64,000 bases of DNA from a virus: the IMG/VR virus record IMGVR_UViG_3300032236_001503, positions 99,238 through 163,237 of that record; one strand, written 5' to 3'. A program made the position numbers and the translations under genes. Below, piece after piece: positions 10,372 to 21,154 of this stretch (position 1 is the first letter of the stretch; each line of letters opens with the position of its first letter). Under the pieces are notes generated by a model, which was not told where the DNA came from, ran no database searches, and was given only the letters and a program-made list of their open reading frames with translations.

Positions 10372-10722
10372 TTATTTTTCTAGATAAGGTTTACCTGTTA
10401 TTGGATTTCTTTTTATTTTGACACCATTAGCTAATGATTTACCTTTGGTTCCAATTTTATTAATATTGATTTTTCCACCATTAGAGCTTTTAGCTATAAT
10501 CTTTTTAAGTTCAACTTGTGATGCAACTGGTACTTTTGTTTTTGGGTTGTTGTTTGCTCTCTTAACTTTTTGATTTTTTCTTTGTTCTTTTTTAATACTA
10601 TCTGCCACTAATCCCATTGACTTTGGAATAACTGCACTTGCTATTTTAGATCCAGTTGCAGCTGCTATGGATTGGTGATGAGGACCACTCTTACGTTCTA
10701 AGAAAAATTGCTTGAAGTTCAT
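10372..10722 (-). CDS. Basic protein with T4-style capsid-targeting N-terminus
   Basis: MNFKQFFLE resembles the T4 internal-protein CTS; Lys-rich; TAAGTA upstream. Confidence 0.6.
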   Translation of the reverse strand: MNFKQFFLERKSGPHHQSIAAATGSKIASAVIPKSMGLVADSIKKEQRKNQKVKRANNNPKTKVPVASQVELKKIIAKSSNGGKININKIGTKGKSLANGVKIKRNPITGKPYLEK

Positions 10723-10739
10723 TAATATTACTTACCAAC

Positions 10740-10768
10740 AAAAAAGCCCTCCGAAGAGGGCTTTTTTT
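10740..10768 (-). terminator. Rho-independent terminator (UUCG loop), likely bidirectional
   Basis: GCCCTC-TTCG-GAGGGC flanked by A and T tracts. Confidence 0.9.
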
Positions 10769-10788
10769 ATTTATGGTTTTATTTTAAC

Positions 10789-11694
10789 TTATTCTCCACG
10801 CTGATCGTCAAAGAGGAACTTACCAGCTTTTACACCCTTTGCATCATGGGATGCCTTGGCTTGAAGTTTACTTACACCTTCTTTGTTTTCGAAAGCTTCT
10901 GGCTTACCAGTTACTTTCTTACCCTTTACAACTTCAGCCTTTGTGCCAGCCTTTGGTACTGCACCCTTAACGTTCCATGCAGTTTTCTTTGTGTGACCAG
11001 CTTCTAACTTTTCTTGGTCAACGAGAGCGTGTCCGAGAACTTCAGCATCAACAGCTTCTTCACTGAGATCTTCATCTTCGTGTTCTGTTTCTTCTTCACC
11101 CTCTTCTCTTGAATCCTCTGGGAACTCCTCGCCCTCTTCTCCCTCTTCATGTTCGATATGACCTTCTAAGTGGGACTCAAGTTTACCAACTAATTCTTTA
11201 AGTTGTGAAACAAGGGATTCAAGATCCTCATGTTCGTCTTCTTCAAAATCTTCTACGTCATCCTCGTCACCAAATGCCTCTTCGTCACTGAGTTCTTCAT
11301 CATGACCACCAAGACCTTCAGGACCACCGAAATTATCTTCTGGTTGTACACCCTCTTCTGAACCAAATGCAAATGAATCTTCGGAAATGATCTTATTGAA
11401 TAACACATCAAATGGATTTCTTGAATCCTTTAATGTTAACTTCTCACTAGCCTTGAATTCCTTTGGCTCATTTTCTGGATCTTCTGAGAGTTCAGCAGGT
11501 GCTTCAACTGGAGCTTTAACATCTTTCTTGGCTTTTTCTACGCCAGAATCTTTATAGAAAGTTTCGGTATTCTTTTTATTTTCGGAATGACCAAATGGTT
11601 CTCCAACTTTTAAGGATTGTCCTTCGACTTTTCCAGATGCTGAGTTTTCTTCAATTACCTTGAGGTAGGCTGATGTGAGAGGATCTTGTTTCAT
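10789..11694 (-). CDS. Highly acidic late protein, possibly prohead core/scaffold-like
   Basis: E/D-rich centre with a short coiled coil; TAAATA upstream. Confidence 0.5.
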   Translation of the reverse strand: MKQDPLTSAYLKVIEENSASGKVEGQSLKVGEPFGHSENKKNTETFYKDSGVEKAKKDVKAPVEAPAELSEDPENEPKEFKASEKLTLKDSRNPFDVLFNKIISEDSFAFGSEEGVQPEDNFGGPEGLGGHDEELSDEEAFGDEDDVEDFEEDEHEDLESLVSQLKELVGKLESHLEGHIEHEEGEEGEEFPEDSREEGEEETEHEDEDLSEEAVDAEVLGHALVDQEKLEAGHTKKTAWNVKGAVPKAGTKAEVVKGKKVTGKPEAFENKEGVSKLQAKASHDAKGVKAGKFLFDDQRGE

Positions 11695-11709
11695 ATGTGT
11701 TTTGAATAT

Positions 11710-11991
11710 TTACTCCTGACCTATTCCATTTTCAATATTTTTTTTAAAATGTTGATTATTATTTTTATAATATTGATTAGGTTTATCTGGACGTTCTACG
11801 CCATAAGTTAGGTTCTCAACACCTCTACAATCTTTAATATCGAAATAAAGATATTCACCCGTTTCATGTAAATGAACCAAAAATACACCATTTTGATTCA
11901 TACCATAATCTATATGAATTATGGCGAATCCTTCACCCTTTGGGGTTTGAATCCAAAGGGGTGGTTCTAGTTGTAATTGTGAAACACTCAT
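11710..11991 (-). CDS. Conserved phage hypothetical protein
   Basis: QLEPPLWIQTPKGEG..IDYG motif. Confidence 0.6.
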   Translation of the reverse strand: MSVSQLQLEPPLWIQTPKGEGFAIIHIDYGMNQNGVFLVHLHETGEYLYFDIKDCRGVENLTYGVERPDKPNQYYKNNNQHFKKNIENGIGQE

Positions 11992-12839
11992 GCGTTATTA
12001 ATTAATAATTCTGCTTCTCTTTCGAGATTAAGAATATTTATCAACTCGTAATCATCTTGACCAGCAACCCAAATAATATTACAATCACCAACTTCAAATG
12101 GTGTATTTCTTTCTAGTATTAGTTTATACAAACAAAGCTGAAGACTATATTTACCAAGTTCACATTTAGGAACCGTATCAATTGGTGATAACATAGTTTC
12201 ACCTTTATAACCTTGCCTTTTTATTTCCTTATTAGTTTTATAATCGAATAAGGCAAGTTTACCAGTTTTCTTATTAAATGAAAGGTTATCAATGGTTCCA
12301 CAGATTTTAGTTTCTTTATCACCAACGACAAATTCAGATTTTAGAAGAATATGATCTTGTCTCCACCATTCATAAAAATTTTTAAAATTCTTAAGCATAA
12401 GAGCCATATCCATATAATATGTTGCGAGTTGATCATCGGTATATCGACCATTATGTTTTCTGTTTAAGAATTTAATAATGTCTTCCTTATCAATCGGGAT
12501 AGTTCTCCTCTGATAAAATTCTTCAACCATTAAATGAAACTCGTTGCCTTTATGACAAGAGTAATCTTTATTATATTCCCATTGCCATAAAACATCTTCA
12601 ACTAATTTACCATCTCTTTTTGCAACCCTGTGTGCAATACTATTATCAAATGGTTTTTCGTATTTTGAAATAAGTTGAGAAACAGACATTGCTGCTCTCT
12701 TACCATCAATTTCGTAATGGTGATCCTTCTCAAAAAACTTGATAGAAGAAAATGCTTCTTCTAAAAGTATTAAGCTATTAAAATTAATTTCTACCGAATC
12801 CGACGATTCTTTCTTTATCTTCATTTGTTTTTTCTTCAT
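11988..12839 (-). CDS. PD-(D/E)xK exonuclease (Cas4-like/RecB family); start uncertain
   Basis: H.YEIDG, SVSQLI, KGNEFH, SE...ICGTID...DYKT, YSLQLCLY. Confidence 0.85.
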   Translation of the reverse strand: MKKKQMKIKKESSDSVEINFNSLILLEEAFSSIKFFEKDHHYEIDGKRAAMSVSQLISKYEKPFDNSIAHRVAKRDGKLVEDVLWQWEYNKDYSCHKGNEFHLMVEEFYQRRTIPIDKEDIIKFLNRKHNGRYTDDQLATYYMDMALMLKNFKNFYEWWRQDHILLKSEFVVGDKETKICGTIDNLSFNKKTGKLALFDYKTNKEIKRQGYKGETMLSPIDTVPKCELGKYSLQLCLYKLILERNTPFEVGDCNIIWVAGQDDYELINILNLEREAELLINNA

Positions 12840-13998
12840 TTAAATCAACTTCTTTTTCCAGATTATAAATATCAGCAACTGACATTGGTTTGGTAATGTC
12901 ATCGATAGTTTTCTTTTTATATTTCAAACTCTTTGCGAGTTTTTTTGCATCCGATATTGGCAATGCACCAAACTCGTAATCAACTTGCAATCTTCCTTTT
13001 CTCCTAAGTGCCGAATCAATTTCATTCTTTGGGCAGTTGTAAGTTAATATCACAGAAGTCTTTAAGATATCACTCATAATACCATCGGATAGATTAAGGA
13101 GAGAAGAAACCGCAGATGAATCCATACCATCACCGTGTCTTTTCATGATTGCTTTCTCCGCATCTTCTAAAATAATAACCGAATTGGGCTTTTGAATTAA
13201 AACACTTAAGCAATTGGGATCAGAGGTAAATGTCTCAACCATAGTAGTTGGGATATAAATAAAGTCCCTATCAACCTGACTAGCAAGATATTTAATATAT
13301 GTAGTTTTACCAGTACCCGGTAACCCATGAAACATAAACAACCCACTCTTATTATTTGTTAATCTTTCTTTAATGGTTTTATCAGTTTCCAAAAACTTTG
13401 ATCCATAATTAAGTTCAAGATCAATGTTTTCGGGTACATTTACACTAATAGGCTCAAATGAATAATCACCATATTGATTCTTTATGAACAAATGAACCTT
13501 TGATCCTTCTTCTTTGGATATGAATTTTTCAAAATCTTCAAAGTGATAATCTTGAACACTAGTTGGTGCAGCTATCATAATATCATATTTTTTAGTATTA
13601 ATTTTATTTTCTTTTCTAGCCTTTTCGTCTTCGTCAAAATTAAACGGAAGACCAGCAACATCCATTGTCATGTTGTCATCTTCTTGTCCACTTGCTGAAA
13701 GTTTGATATAAATGTCTTTATAATGAAACCAAAATGTGCCACCCCTAAAATGTTTGTAATTTTTAGTTAAATGCTTTATTTTACCTGTTGAACTTGATTT
13801 AATAAGTTTGGAATTTTCCAAAAGAAAGTCAAAAACATCTTCGTTAAATTTTTCATCAATGAAGAAAAATGAAGGAGAACAGTCATAAGTTTTTGAAATG
13901 AAACGAGTTATATTAAAATCATTTCCATTTGATAATGAATACAAATCTTTATTATCTTCGTTATGTTTGTAGATCTTGGATTCTTTTAACTTAAACAT
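12784..13998 (-). CDS. AAA+ ATPase
   Basis: GLPGTGKT, IILEDAE, LLNLSDG, DSALRRKGR. Confidence 0.9.
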   Translation of the reverse strand: MFKLKESKIYKHNEDNKDLYSLSNGNDFNITRFISKTYDCSPSFFFIDEKFNEDVFDFLLENSKLIKSSSTGKIKHLTKNYKHFRGGTFWFHYKDIYIKLSASGQEDDNMTMDVAGLPFNFDEDEKARKENKINTKKYDIMIAAPTSVQDYHFEDFEKFISKEEGSKVHLFIKNQYGDYSFEPISVNVPENIDLELNYGSKFLETDKTIKERLTNNKSGLFMFHGLPGTGKTTYIKYLASQVDRDFIYIPTTMVETFTSDPNCLSVLIQKPNSVIILEDAEKAIMKRHGDGMDSSAVSSLLNLSDGIMSDILKTSVILTYNCPKNEIDSALRRKGRLQVDYEFGALPISDAKKLAKSLKYKKKTIDDITKPMSVADIYNLEKEVDLNEEKTNEDKERIVGFGRN

Positions 13999-14082
13999 CC
14001 ATTAAATCTAACACAAATATCATATAAAGCAACAAAAAAATTCCATTTGACTTTTTGGCTTAGATATTCGATAATATAAGCA

Positions 14083-14280
14083 ATGAAAATTGCTATCATT
14101 GTTACAGTTGTCCTATTTTCTCTTTTAGTCCTACCATTATTAATAATCTGGAGTTTAAACAATATTTTTAAACTTGGGATTGCTTACAATGTTTCGGATT
14201 GGTTTTCAATTTTAGTGCTACTTACAATTTTAAATGCCATTTTTAAGGCATCCGTAACACCATCAAAAAAAGATAAATAG
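14083..14280 (+). CDS. Small two-TM membrane protein
   Basis: Hydrophobic 65 aa; TTGACT-N17-GATAAT promoter upstream. Confidence 0.6.
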   Translation: MKIAIIVTVVLFSLLVLPLLIIWSLNNIFKLGIAYNVSDWFSILVLLTILNAIFKASVTPSKKDK

Positions 14281-14286
14281 TAGGGT

Positions 14287-14670
14287 ATGGAAAAGCTAGG
14301 AAAATTAAAAACTAAAAAACTTTATACTAGATGCTTGAACCTAGCTAGAAGAAAACCCCCAGAGTTTTTTAATTTTAGAAAAATGAGGGGAACTCATGGG
14401 TATTGTAATTGGACAGACTTAGAATTTAATCCCGGTGGCGAATTGCTTTCAACAGCATACCATGAATGTATCCACTATTTAGAACAAGATTGGAGCGAAA
14501 CTCAAGTCCTTTACGCTGAATCAAGAATAAGAAACGTTATGTCTTATTTAGAACACGCAAGATTTTTAAAATATATTTCTGTTAAATTATATAAATCAGA
14601 ATTAATGAAACACGTTTTCAATAAACCTAAAAAAAGAAAAAAAAAGCTTTCCAACAATAAGAAAAACTAA
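14287..14670 (+). CDS. Hypothetical protein with HExxH motif
   Basis: YHECIHY...E. Confidence 0.55.
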   Translation: MEKLGKLKTKKLYTRCLNLARRKPPEFFNFRKMRGTHGYCNWTDLEFNPGGELLSTAYHECIHYLEQDWSETQVLYAESRIRNVMSYLEHARFLKYISVKLYKSELMKHVFNKPKKRKKKLSNNKKN

Positions 14671-14692
14671 TACAATTTACTAAATAAAATTT

Positions 14693-15664
14693 ATGATATT
14701 CGAAGAACAAATCAGCCGTAAACCCAACCATTACAAATGGACAGAAGAATTTATCGAAGCTATGCACAATGGTTTCTGGACAGATAAAGAATTTAATTTT
14801 AAATCTGACGTTCAACAATTCAAAGTGAATTTAAACGATCAGGAAAGAGACATTATCATTCGCACCCTTTCAGCAATTGGTCAAATTGAAATTGCTGTAA
14901 AAACATTTTGGGCAAAACTCGGAGAGAATCTCCCTCATCCATCATTAACCGATCTTGGTTATGTAATGGCTAACGTAGAAGTTATTCATAATAATGCTTA
15001 CGAAAGACTTATATCAGTCCTTGGACTTGAAGATGTATTTGAAAAGAATTTAAAGTTGAGTTGGATAGAAGGTCGTGTGAAATATCTAAGAAAATACACC
15101 CATCGTTTTTATAAAGATAGTAAAAAGCAGTATCTATATGCTCTCATTTTATTCACACTCTTTGTTGAGAATGTTTCCTTATTCTCACAATTCTATGTTA
15201 TCAATTGGTTTGCTCGTTTTAAGAATGTTCTTAAAGATACAGATCAACAAGTAAAATATACTCGTAACGAAGAAAATATTCATGCTCTTGTTGGTATTAA
15301 GATTATTAATACAATTCGTGAGGAATATCCTGATTTATTCGATGATGAACTTGAACAGAGAATTACACATGAAGCAAAGATGGCATTTGAATCGGAATCA
15401 GAAATTGTCGATTGGATGGTTAATGGAATCCAAGAAGAAAATTTAACTGCTCCTATTTTAAAAGAATTCATTAAGAATCGTATTAATGAATCACTTGCTC
15501 AAATCGGTTTTAAGCAACCATTTGAAATTAATAAAGATCTTTTAAGTAAAACTAAATGGTTTGAAGAAGAACTTCTTGGTAATAATATGACTGATTTTTT
15601 CCATTCTAGACCAGTAGAATACTCAAAGAAGAATCAATCGTTCACGGAAGACGATTTATTCTAA
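14693..15664 (+). CDS. nrdB: Ribonucleotide reductase class I beta subunit
   Basis: EVIHNNAY, ENVSLFSQF, EENIH, DFFH motifs. Confidence 0.97.
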   Translation: MIFEEQISRKPNHYKWTEEFIEAMHNGFWTDKEFNFKSDVQQFKVNLNDQERDIIIRTLSAIGQIEIAVKTFWAKLGENLPHPSLTDLGYVMANVEVIHNNAYERLISVLGLEDVFEKNLKLSWIEGRVKYLRKYTHRFYKDSKKQYLYALILFTLFVENVSLFSQFYVINWFARFKNVLKDTDQQVKYTRNEENIHALVGIKIINTIREEYPDLFDDELEQRITHEAKMAFESESEIVDWMVNGIQEENLTAPILKEFIKNRINESLAQIGFKQPFEINKDLLSKTKWFEEELLGNNMTDFFHSRPVEYSKKNQSFTEDDLF

Positions 15665-15715
15665 AATTTGATTGCTATTAAGCGTCATTTTGATAAGATA
15701 GATATATCAAATTTT

Positions 15716-17383
15716 ATGAGTACCGAAACGCAGAATTCCGACATTTATTGGCTTAACAAAGATTCTAGAAAGTTCCTTCAAAGAGGTTATTTGTTAGAAG
15801 GCGAAACACCAGAGCAAAGAATTCATGATATTGCAAAAACAGCCGAAAAGTTTTTAATCAAAACTGGCTTTGCAAAAAAGTTTGAGAACTATATGCACAG
15901 AGGATTTTATTCTCTCGCATCTCCTATTTGGTCGAACTTTGGTCGCAAGAGGGGTCTTCCTATTTCTTGTTTTGGTTCTTATATTGAAGATACTATTGAA
16001 AGTATCTTAGGAACTAAACACGGAGAAGTAGCTGTAATGACAAAGACAGGCGGTGGAACTTCTGGATATTTTGGAGAAATAAGAGGAAGAGGAGAGTCGA
16101 TTTCTTCTAATGGTGAATCTACTGGTTCTGTCCATTTTATGGAGAGTTACAATAAACTAATGAATGTAGTTTCTCAAGGTAATGTAAGAAGAGGTAGCTT
16201 TGCTGCATATCTACCAATTGACCATAAAGATATTGAAGAATTTTTAAAAATTCGCTCGGAAGGAAATGAGATACAAGATCTATCTATCGGTGTGTGTGTT
16301 TCTGATGAGTGGATGAAGTCCATGCTTGATGGCGATAAGGAAAAAAGAAGAATTTGGGGTCTTGTTATCAAGAAGCGTTTTGAATCGGGTTATCCTTATA
16401 TCTTCTTTAAAGACAATGCAAATAATCAAGCACCGCAAGTTTATAAAGATAAAGGATTAACAATTCACCATAGCAATCTTTGTAGCGAAATCATGCTTCC
16501 TAATTCACCAGATGAATCATTTGTTTGTGATTTATCATCAATGAATCTTGAGCGTTGGGAAGAATGGAAGGATACTGATGCAGTCGAAACGATGATTTGG
16601 TTTTTGGATGCAGTGATGGAAGAGTTTATTGAAAAAACCGAAGGGATGAAATTCATGGAAGCTGCTAGAAAGTTTGCTATTCGTCATCGTGCATTAGGTC
16701 TTGGTGTTCTCGGTTGGCATTCACTTTTGCAATCCAAGATGATTGCATTTGAATCGATGGAAGCAAAGTTCCTTAATGGAACTATTTGGAAAACTATCCG
16801 TGAAAGAGCAGATAAGGCAACAGCTGAACTTGCTCAAAAATACGGTGAACCAGATATCCTTCAAGGATATGGTCGTAGAAACACAACTACGCTTGCTGTT
16901 GCACCCACAACATCTTCCTCATTTATTCTGGGGCAAGTATCTCCAAGCATTGAACCTAACAATAGTAACTACTATGTTAAGGATCTTGCTAAAGGAAAGT
17001 TCTCATATAAGAATCCTTATCTTAAGAAACTTTTGAAAGAAAAAGGTAAAAATGATGATGATACTTGGCTTGATATTCTCAAGCATAGTGGATCGGTTCA
17101 GCATTTAGATTTTCTTACGCAAGAAGAAAAAGATGTATTTAAGACATTTGAAGAAACATCTCAAAGGGAAATTATCATTCAAGCTGCTGGTAGACAAAGG
17201 TATATTGATCAGGGTCAAAGTTTAAACATGCTTATCCCTGCTGGTACACCCCCTAAAGCAGTTAATGAGCTTATCATCTTTGCTTGGGAAAATGGAATCA
17301 AGAGTCTTTATTATCAAAGATCTACCAATCCAGCCAAAGAATTAGCTAGATCAATTATGACTTGCAAATCATGTGAAGCATAA
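15716..17383 (+). CDS. nrdA: Ribonucleotide reductase class I alpha subunit (no ATP cone)
   Basis: PISCF, GGGTS, RRG, SNLCSEI, APTTSSS, DQGQS, KSLYY, C-terminal CxxC; start set at ATG 15716. Confidence 0.97.
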   Translation: MSTETQNSDIYWLNKDSRKFLQRGYLLEGETPEQRIHDIAKTAEKFLIKTGFAKKFENYMHRGFYSLASPIWSNFGRKRGLPISCFGSYIEDTIESILGTKHGEVAVMTKTGGGTSGYFGEIRGRGESISSNGESTGSVHFMESYNKLMNVVSQGNVRRGSFAAYLPIDHKDIEEFLKIRSEGNEIQDLSIGVCVSDEWMKSMLDGDKEKRRIWGLVIKKRFESGYPYIFFKDNANNQAPQVYKDKGLTIHHSNLCSEIMLPNSPDESFVCDLSSMNLERWEEWKDTDAVETMIWFLDAVMEEFIEKTEGMKFMEAARKFAIRHRALGLGVLGWHSLLQSKMIAFESMEAKFLNGTIWKTIRERADKATAELAQKYGEPDILQGYGRRNTTTLAVAPTTSSSFILGQVSPSIEPNNSNYYVKDLAKGKFSYKNPYLKKLLKEKGKNDDDTWLDILKHSGSVQHLDFLTQEEKDVFKTFEETSQREIIIQAAGRQRYIDQGQSLNMLIPAGTPPKAVNELIIFAWENGIKSLYYQRSTNPAKELARSIMTCKSCEA

Positions 17384-17399
17384 ATATAATAGTTAGATT

Positions 17400-17987
17400 A
17401 TGAGTCATCTTAATAGAACTACAGTTCTGGTGCTTAATCGCAACTGGCAAGCTATTCACGTTAAATCGCCAGCGGAAGCATTGTCGATGATGTATACTGA
17501 TGCCGCAACCGGATTAGATATATTAGGAGAGGATCAAATGGTTCCATATCGTTGGAAAGATTGGATTAAGTTACCAAAGGACGACGATTCTGATTACGTA
17601 TCAACTGTTAATGGCAATATCAAAATACCAAAAGTAATTGTGCTTTGTAAATTTAATAAAGTTCCGATGAAAAGACCTAAGTTCTCCCTGAGTGGCGTTT
17701 GGAATCGTGACAATGGTATTTGTCAATATACGGGTAAAAAACTTTCAAAGAACGAAGGTAATGTTGATCACGTTATGCCAAGAAGTAGAGGTGGTAAAAC
17801 TGATTGGAGTAATTGTGTTCTTGCTCATAAAGAAGTTAATGCGCAAAAAGCCAATAGAACACCAGAAGAAGCTGGTTTAAAGCTCATTAAACCACCAGCT
17901 ATTCCTAGGCATATGCCGACAACATTCTATATTAAAAATAAACATAATATCAAGGAATGGGATATGTTCCTTAATTTTGAATCATGA
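17400..17987 (+). CDS. HNH endonuclease (McrA-like)
   Basis: VLVLN, RD..CQYTG, DHVMPRSRGG..W.N, N..KANRTPEEAG. Confidence 0.9.
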   Translation: MSHLNRTTVLVLNRNWQAIHVKSPAEALSMMYTDAATGLDILGEDQMVPYRWKDWIKLPKDDDSDYVSTVNGNIKIPKVIVLCKFNKVPMKRPKFSLSGVWNRDNGICQYTGKKLSKNEGNVDHVMPRSRGGKTDWSNCVLAHKEVNAQKANRTPEEAGLKLIKPPAIPRHMPTTFYIKNKHNIKEWDMFLNFES

Positions 17988-18388
17988 AAAGCTGGGAACA
18001 ATACGCATATGATCTTGCCATAGTCGCTGCGAGTAAGTCTAAAGATCCTTATGTAAAAGTTGGATGTTGTTTACTCAGAGATGACAATAGTGTTGCATCT
18101 TTAGGTTATAATGGATTTCCTGCTGGTATGCTAGAGGATTGGTCGGATCGTGATGAACGCAGAAAATACGTTGTTCACTCTGAAATTAATGCACTTCGTT
18201 ATATTAAACCTAATGAGTGCTATTTAGCTGCGACAACACTCCTCCCCTGCAATGATTGTTTAAAATCTCTTGCATCCTATGGGATTAAGAAGATCATATA
18301 CGGCGAGGTCTATAAACAAGACCCATCAACTCTTGAACTAGCTAAAAAGTTCGGAATTGAATTAGTCAATATCGTGTCTGTAGACTAA
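17984..18388 (+). CDS. dCMP deaminase
   Basis: SKDP..KVG, GYNG, HSEINAL, PCNDC. Confidence 0.95.
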   Translation: MKSWEQYAYDLAIVAASKSKDPYVKVGCCLLRDDNSVASLGYNGFPAGMLEDWSDRDERRKYVVHSEINALRYIKPNECYLAATTLLPCNDCLKSLASYGIKKIIYGEVYKQDPSTLELAKKFGIELVNIVSVD

Positions 18389-18709
18389 TACGTTAGCTAC
18401 CTTCACAATATGTTCTTCTGCTGATGTAATCAGATCTTGCATCCAAGGTTCAATCACACTACCTTTCTTTATTGCATCAACTGCCTGATGAGCATGCGCA
18501 ACAACCGAGCGTAGGCGAGTTTCAACCATACGGATTTTTTCATGTTCTAAATTTTCTAAATTTTCACCATCTTCTAAGTGTTCAGATGGTTCGATATCCT
18601 TACTGAAGTCACTATCATCTTCATGATGTGAATGCTCTTCTGGTGCAACTTCAAAGGAAGCAACTTCTTCATATGCTTCCATTAAACTTCTGATATCTTT
18701 TTTATTCAT
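18362..18709 (-). CDS. Acidic late protein carrying the D-x3-L-x2-A-Y N-terminal motif
   Basis: MNKKDIRSLMEAY; IEPWMQDLIT.A; TAAATA upstream. Confidence 0.65.
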   Translation of the reverse strand: MNKKDIRSLMEAYEEVASFEVAPEEHSHHEDDSDFSKDIEPSEHLEDGENLENLEHEKIRMVETRLRSVVAHAHQAVDAIKKGSVIEPWMQDLITSAEEHIVKVANVLVYRHDID

Positions 18710-18965
18710 ATGGAATATTTACCCATATGAGTAACAAAATCAGAAATTTATTTTTATAGTCGTATAAGTTCTAACTCTGTTAATACTGTTAAAATTATTA
18801 TAATCTAATAAATTTTCGCCAGTTAATTTAACTTCAAATGTTTTATGTTTAGATACTTGTAAAAAGTAAAGATTCTCTAACCTATCTTGCGCATAATCCT
18901 TTATAGGTAAATTAATATAATTTATTTCATTAGTATCTGCAAAACAGATACTGGTAAAAAATATA

Positions 18966-19361
18966 TTACATATGAGTAATAACCTCATGAAACTCTTTCG
19001 GAATAATAACATTATTTGGATGGTTTTTAAACATTGGAGCAATATCTTCAGGCGTATATCCTGCTAAACCACAACCAATTTGAGTTACTAAAAAGGTTTT
19101 ATCTGAGTTTTCTTTAGCATATTCCAAGAAATCAATAACATATTCTTCAATTCTGGTTAATGGAAGAGTCCAAATCATTTCATCTTTAGTTGGGATTGCA
19201 TAACATTGCCCAGTGATACCTATACCAACTCCCATTTGAGCACCAAATTTTTCTCTTGCGAGTTTAGCTGCTCCTGCACCATGAACACCTTTGAGATTTG
19301 AACCAAATACAAAAATCTCATTTGCTTTAAGTTCGTTTATATAGTTATCTGTGTATTTCAT
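18966..19361 (-). CDS. A1S_2505-like (macrodomain-related) phage protein
   Basis: IFVFGSN..G.HGAGAA, YAIPT, FLVTQIGCGLAG. Confidence 0.85.
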   Translation of the reverse strand: MKYTDNYINELKANEIFVFGSNLKGVHGAGAAKLAREKFGAQMGVGIGITGQCYAIPTKDEMIWTLPLTRIEEYVIDFLEYAKENSDKTFLVTQIGCGLAGYTPEDIAPMFKNHPNNVIIPKEFHEVITHM

Positions 19362-20341
19362 ATTTTTTTAAAAACAAAAACTGGTTCATATTTGAATCCA
19401 CCTTTAGTGATACTGGAAAGTTGAAGTTTAAGAGTTTCAATCAATTCAAATCCTTCTTCCTGTGCAATTCTAACAGTATCTGCCTCCAGTGTATTATGCG
19501 TTATTACGTTGGCTACGTTCAATATCATATGTCCAGTTGATTTAAGACAACTATAACAGTTTTGTATGGTCTTACGCAAGAAGTTTTCATTCCAAGATTG
19601 AACATTATCATATGCCATATAACTCTGGGTTGCTTCATCAGAATACTTTTCAGTATTAAAATACGGTGGTGATGTAAAGCATAAATCAACATCTTGTGAA
19701 AATAAGAATTTATCTTCACTTCCTCTTTTCTGGATAAGAGAAAACATATTCATATATTGAAAATCTTCCTGCATTTGCTGTAAACCATTAAACGTTTCGG
19801 TGCAAGGATCAGTACCATAATAAAACTTCACTACACCGCTTGCTAATGCCCCTAGGAACCTCCCACCAAAGCCACATGACATATCCCATACAATTCCATC
19901 TCCTGCATATTTACGATAAATTCCAGCGGCTGCTGATGGTCTGAAATTTGATACGGATTGAACACCAGAATGACTTCTGAGAGCTTTTCTAATTTGAGAA
20001 TCAGTCATTGAACCATCTGGTTTTAGCATTGGAAACCCACCTCTTTTTAGTCTTCTCTCGACCGCTTTTTTAAGAAGATCTTTATCATTAAAAACTTCCA
20101 TTGGTGTTTTCATATTCCTAGTCTTCACACTCCATGCATGAGGGAAGTATGACCAAGCTAAACCCAATCCATGCATGGTTTGTCTAACTGTATCACCTTG
20201 GATTATCTTAGATAAATCATACTTCTTAATCTTTTCCAATTCCTTTTTCTTCTCATTTAGTGAGAATTCATAATATGGGAATCCCCTGCTTAATACATAA
20301 GCATAGGCGGTATCCAATACGCTACTATCAAATGTGTACAT
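19358..20341 (-). CDS. Amino (N4-C/N6-A) DNA methyltransferase
   Basis: DMSCGFGGR SAM-binding motif, FTSPPYF catalytic motif. Confidence 0.9.
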   Translation of the reverse strand: MYTFDSSVLDTAYAYVLSRGFPYYEFSLNEKKKELEKIKKYDLSKIIQGDTVRQTMHGLGLAWSYFPHAWSVKTRNMKTPMEVFNDKDLLKKAVERRLKRGGFPMLKPDGSMTDSQIRKALRSHSGVQSVSNFRPSAAAGIYRKYAGDGIVWDMSCGFGGRFLGALASGVVKFYYGTDPCTETFNGLQQMQEDFQYMNMFSLIQKRGSEDKFLFSQDVDLCFTSPPYFNTEKYSDEATQSYMAYDNVQSWNENFLRKTIQNCYSCLKSTGHMILNVANVITHNTLEADTVRIAQEEGFELIETLKLQLSSITKGGFKYEPVFVFKKI

Positions 20342-20537
20342 TATCCTTGGATATCAAATTAGGATTAAACTCAATAATTCTAGAAATTATACCAATTATA
20401 TCCCTAGGTGTAATGGTAGAAACCCAATCACAATCATCACATATACGATCAACTTCATCCATGTAAAGATTGTAAAGTTTTTCTCTATCTATTTTAATAT
20501 CTTCAAACATTTTTAAGTCCTTTGAAAATTGGATCAT
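20328..20537 (-). CDS. Hypothetical protein
   Basis: Short ORF in a tightly packed operon. Confidence 0.5.
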   Translation of the reverse strand: MIQFSKDLKMFEDIKIDREKLYNLYMDEVDRICDDCDWVSTITPRDIIGIISRIIEFNPNLISKDNVHI

Positions 20538-20868
20538 CCTTTAAAGCTTCTTTCAATTTATTATTAATGACATCATTAATAGAAATATCTTTATCACAAG
20601 ATTCTTTAATTAAGAAGTGAAGAAGTTCGACGGGCCATTCTTCCAAATCAAGCTCCATTTTTACAAATGGAATTAACTGAACAGATCCATCATCAAGAGC
20701 TTTGAACTCAAATTTTTGACCTTTCTCCCAACCAAATTCCTCAATCTCTTCATCAGTAAACTGAATGTAGACATCATTTGTCGGTACTACCTTTTTAATA
20801 AAAGTTTTAGCAACCATTGATGATTTATTATTTGTTGTTTTCTTTAATTTGCTTTTTTGCTTCTTCAT
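20503..20868 (-). CDS. AbrB/MazE-like DNA-binding protein
   Basis: YIQFTDEEIEEFGWEKGQKFEF...DGSVQL swapped-hairpin pattern. Confidence 0.6.
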   Translation of the reverse strand: MKKQKSKLKKTTNNKSSMVAKTFIKKVVPTNDVYIQFTDEEIEEFGWEKGQKFEFKALDDGSVQLIPFVKMELDLEEWPVELLHFLIKESCDKDISINDVINNKLKEALKDDPIFKGLKNV

Positions 20869-21154
20869 AGTTTAATTTTATATCTTTAACCGCCTGATCC
20901 TTATAGAGATCAAATTTACTCTCAAACAAATAATAATCGGTGAAATCACGAGCCGTAAATTTAGGAAGTGGTTTTTCGTGTTTCTTTATCTTCTCAATAT
21001 GAAAGAAATAATGATATCCTAAAAGTAAACCAAGGATAAAAATTCCAGCGATTACAGTTTTAAATGCGCCAGCAATAACTCTTTCAATTAACCAAAGAGA
21101 TAGAATAATAAGAAAAGCTAGAATTACAATTTCAAGAGGGTTATCTAAGTTCAT
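20828..21154 (-). CDS. Membrane protein
   Basis: Two hydrophobic segments. Confidence 0.55.
   Translation of the reverse strand: MNLDNPLEIVILAFLIILSLWLIERVIAGAFKTVIAGIFILGLLLGYHYFFHIEKIKKHEKPLPKFTARDFTDYYLFESKFDLYKDQAVKDIKLNYEEAKKQIKENNK

Noticed and set aside
14693-17383. Group I introns or inteins in nrdB/nrdA
   Set aside because: Both ORFs are continuous and compact with no insertion
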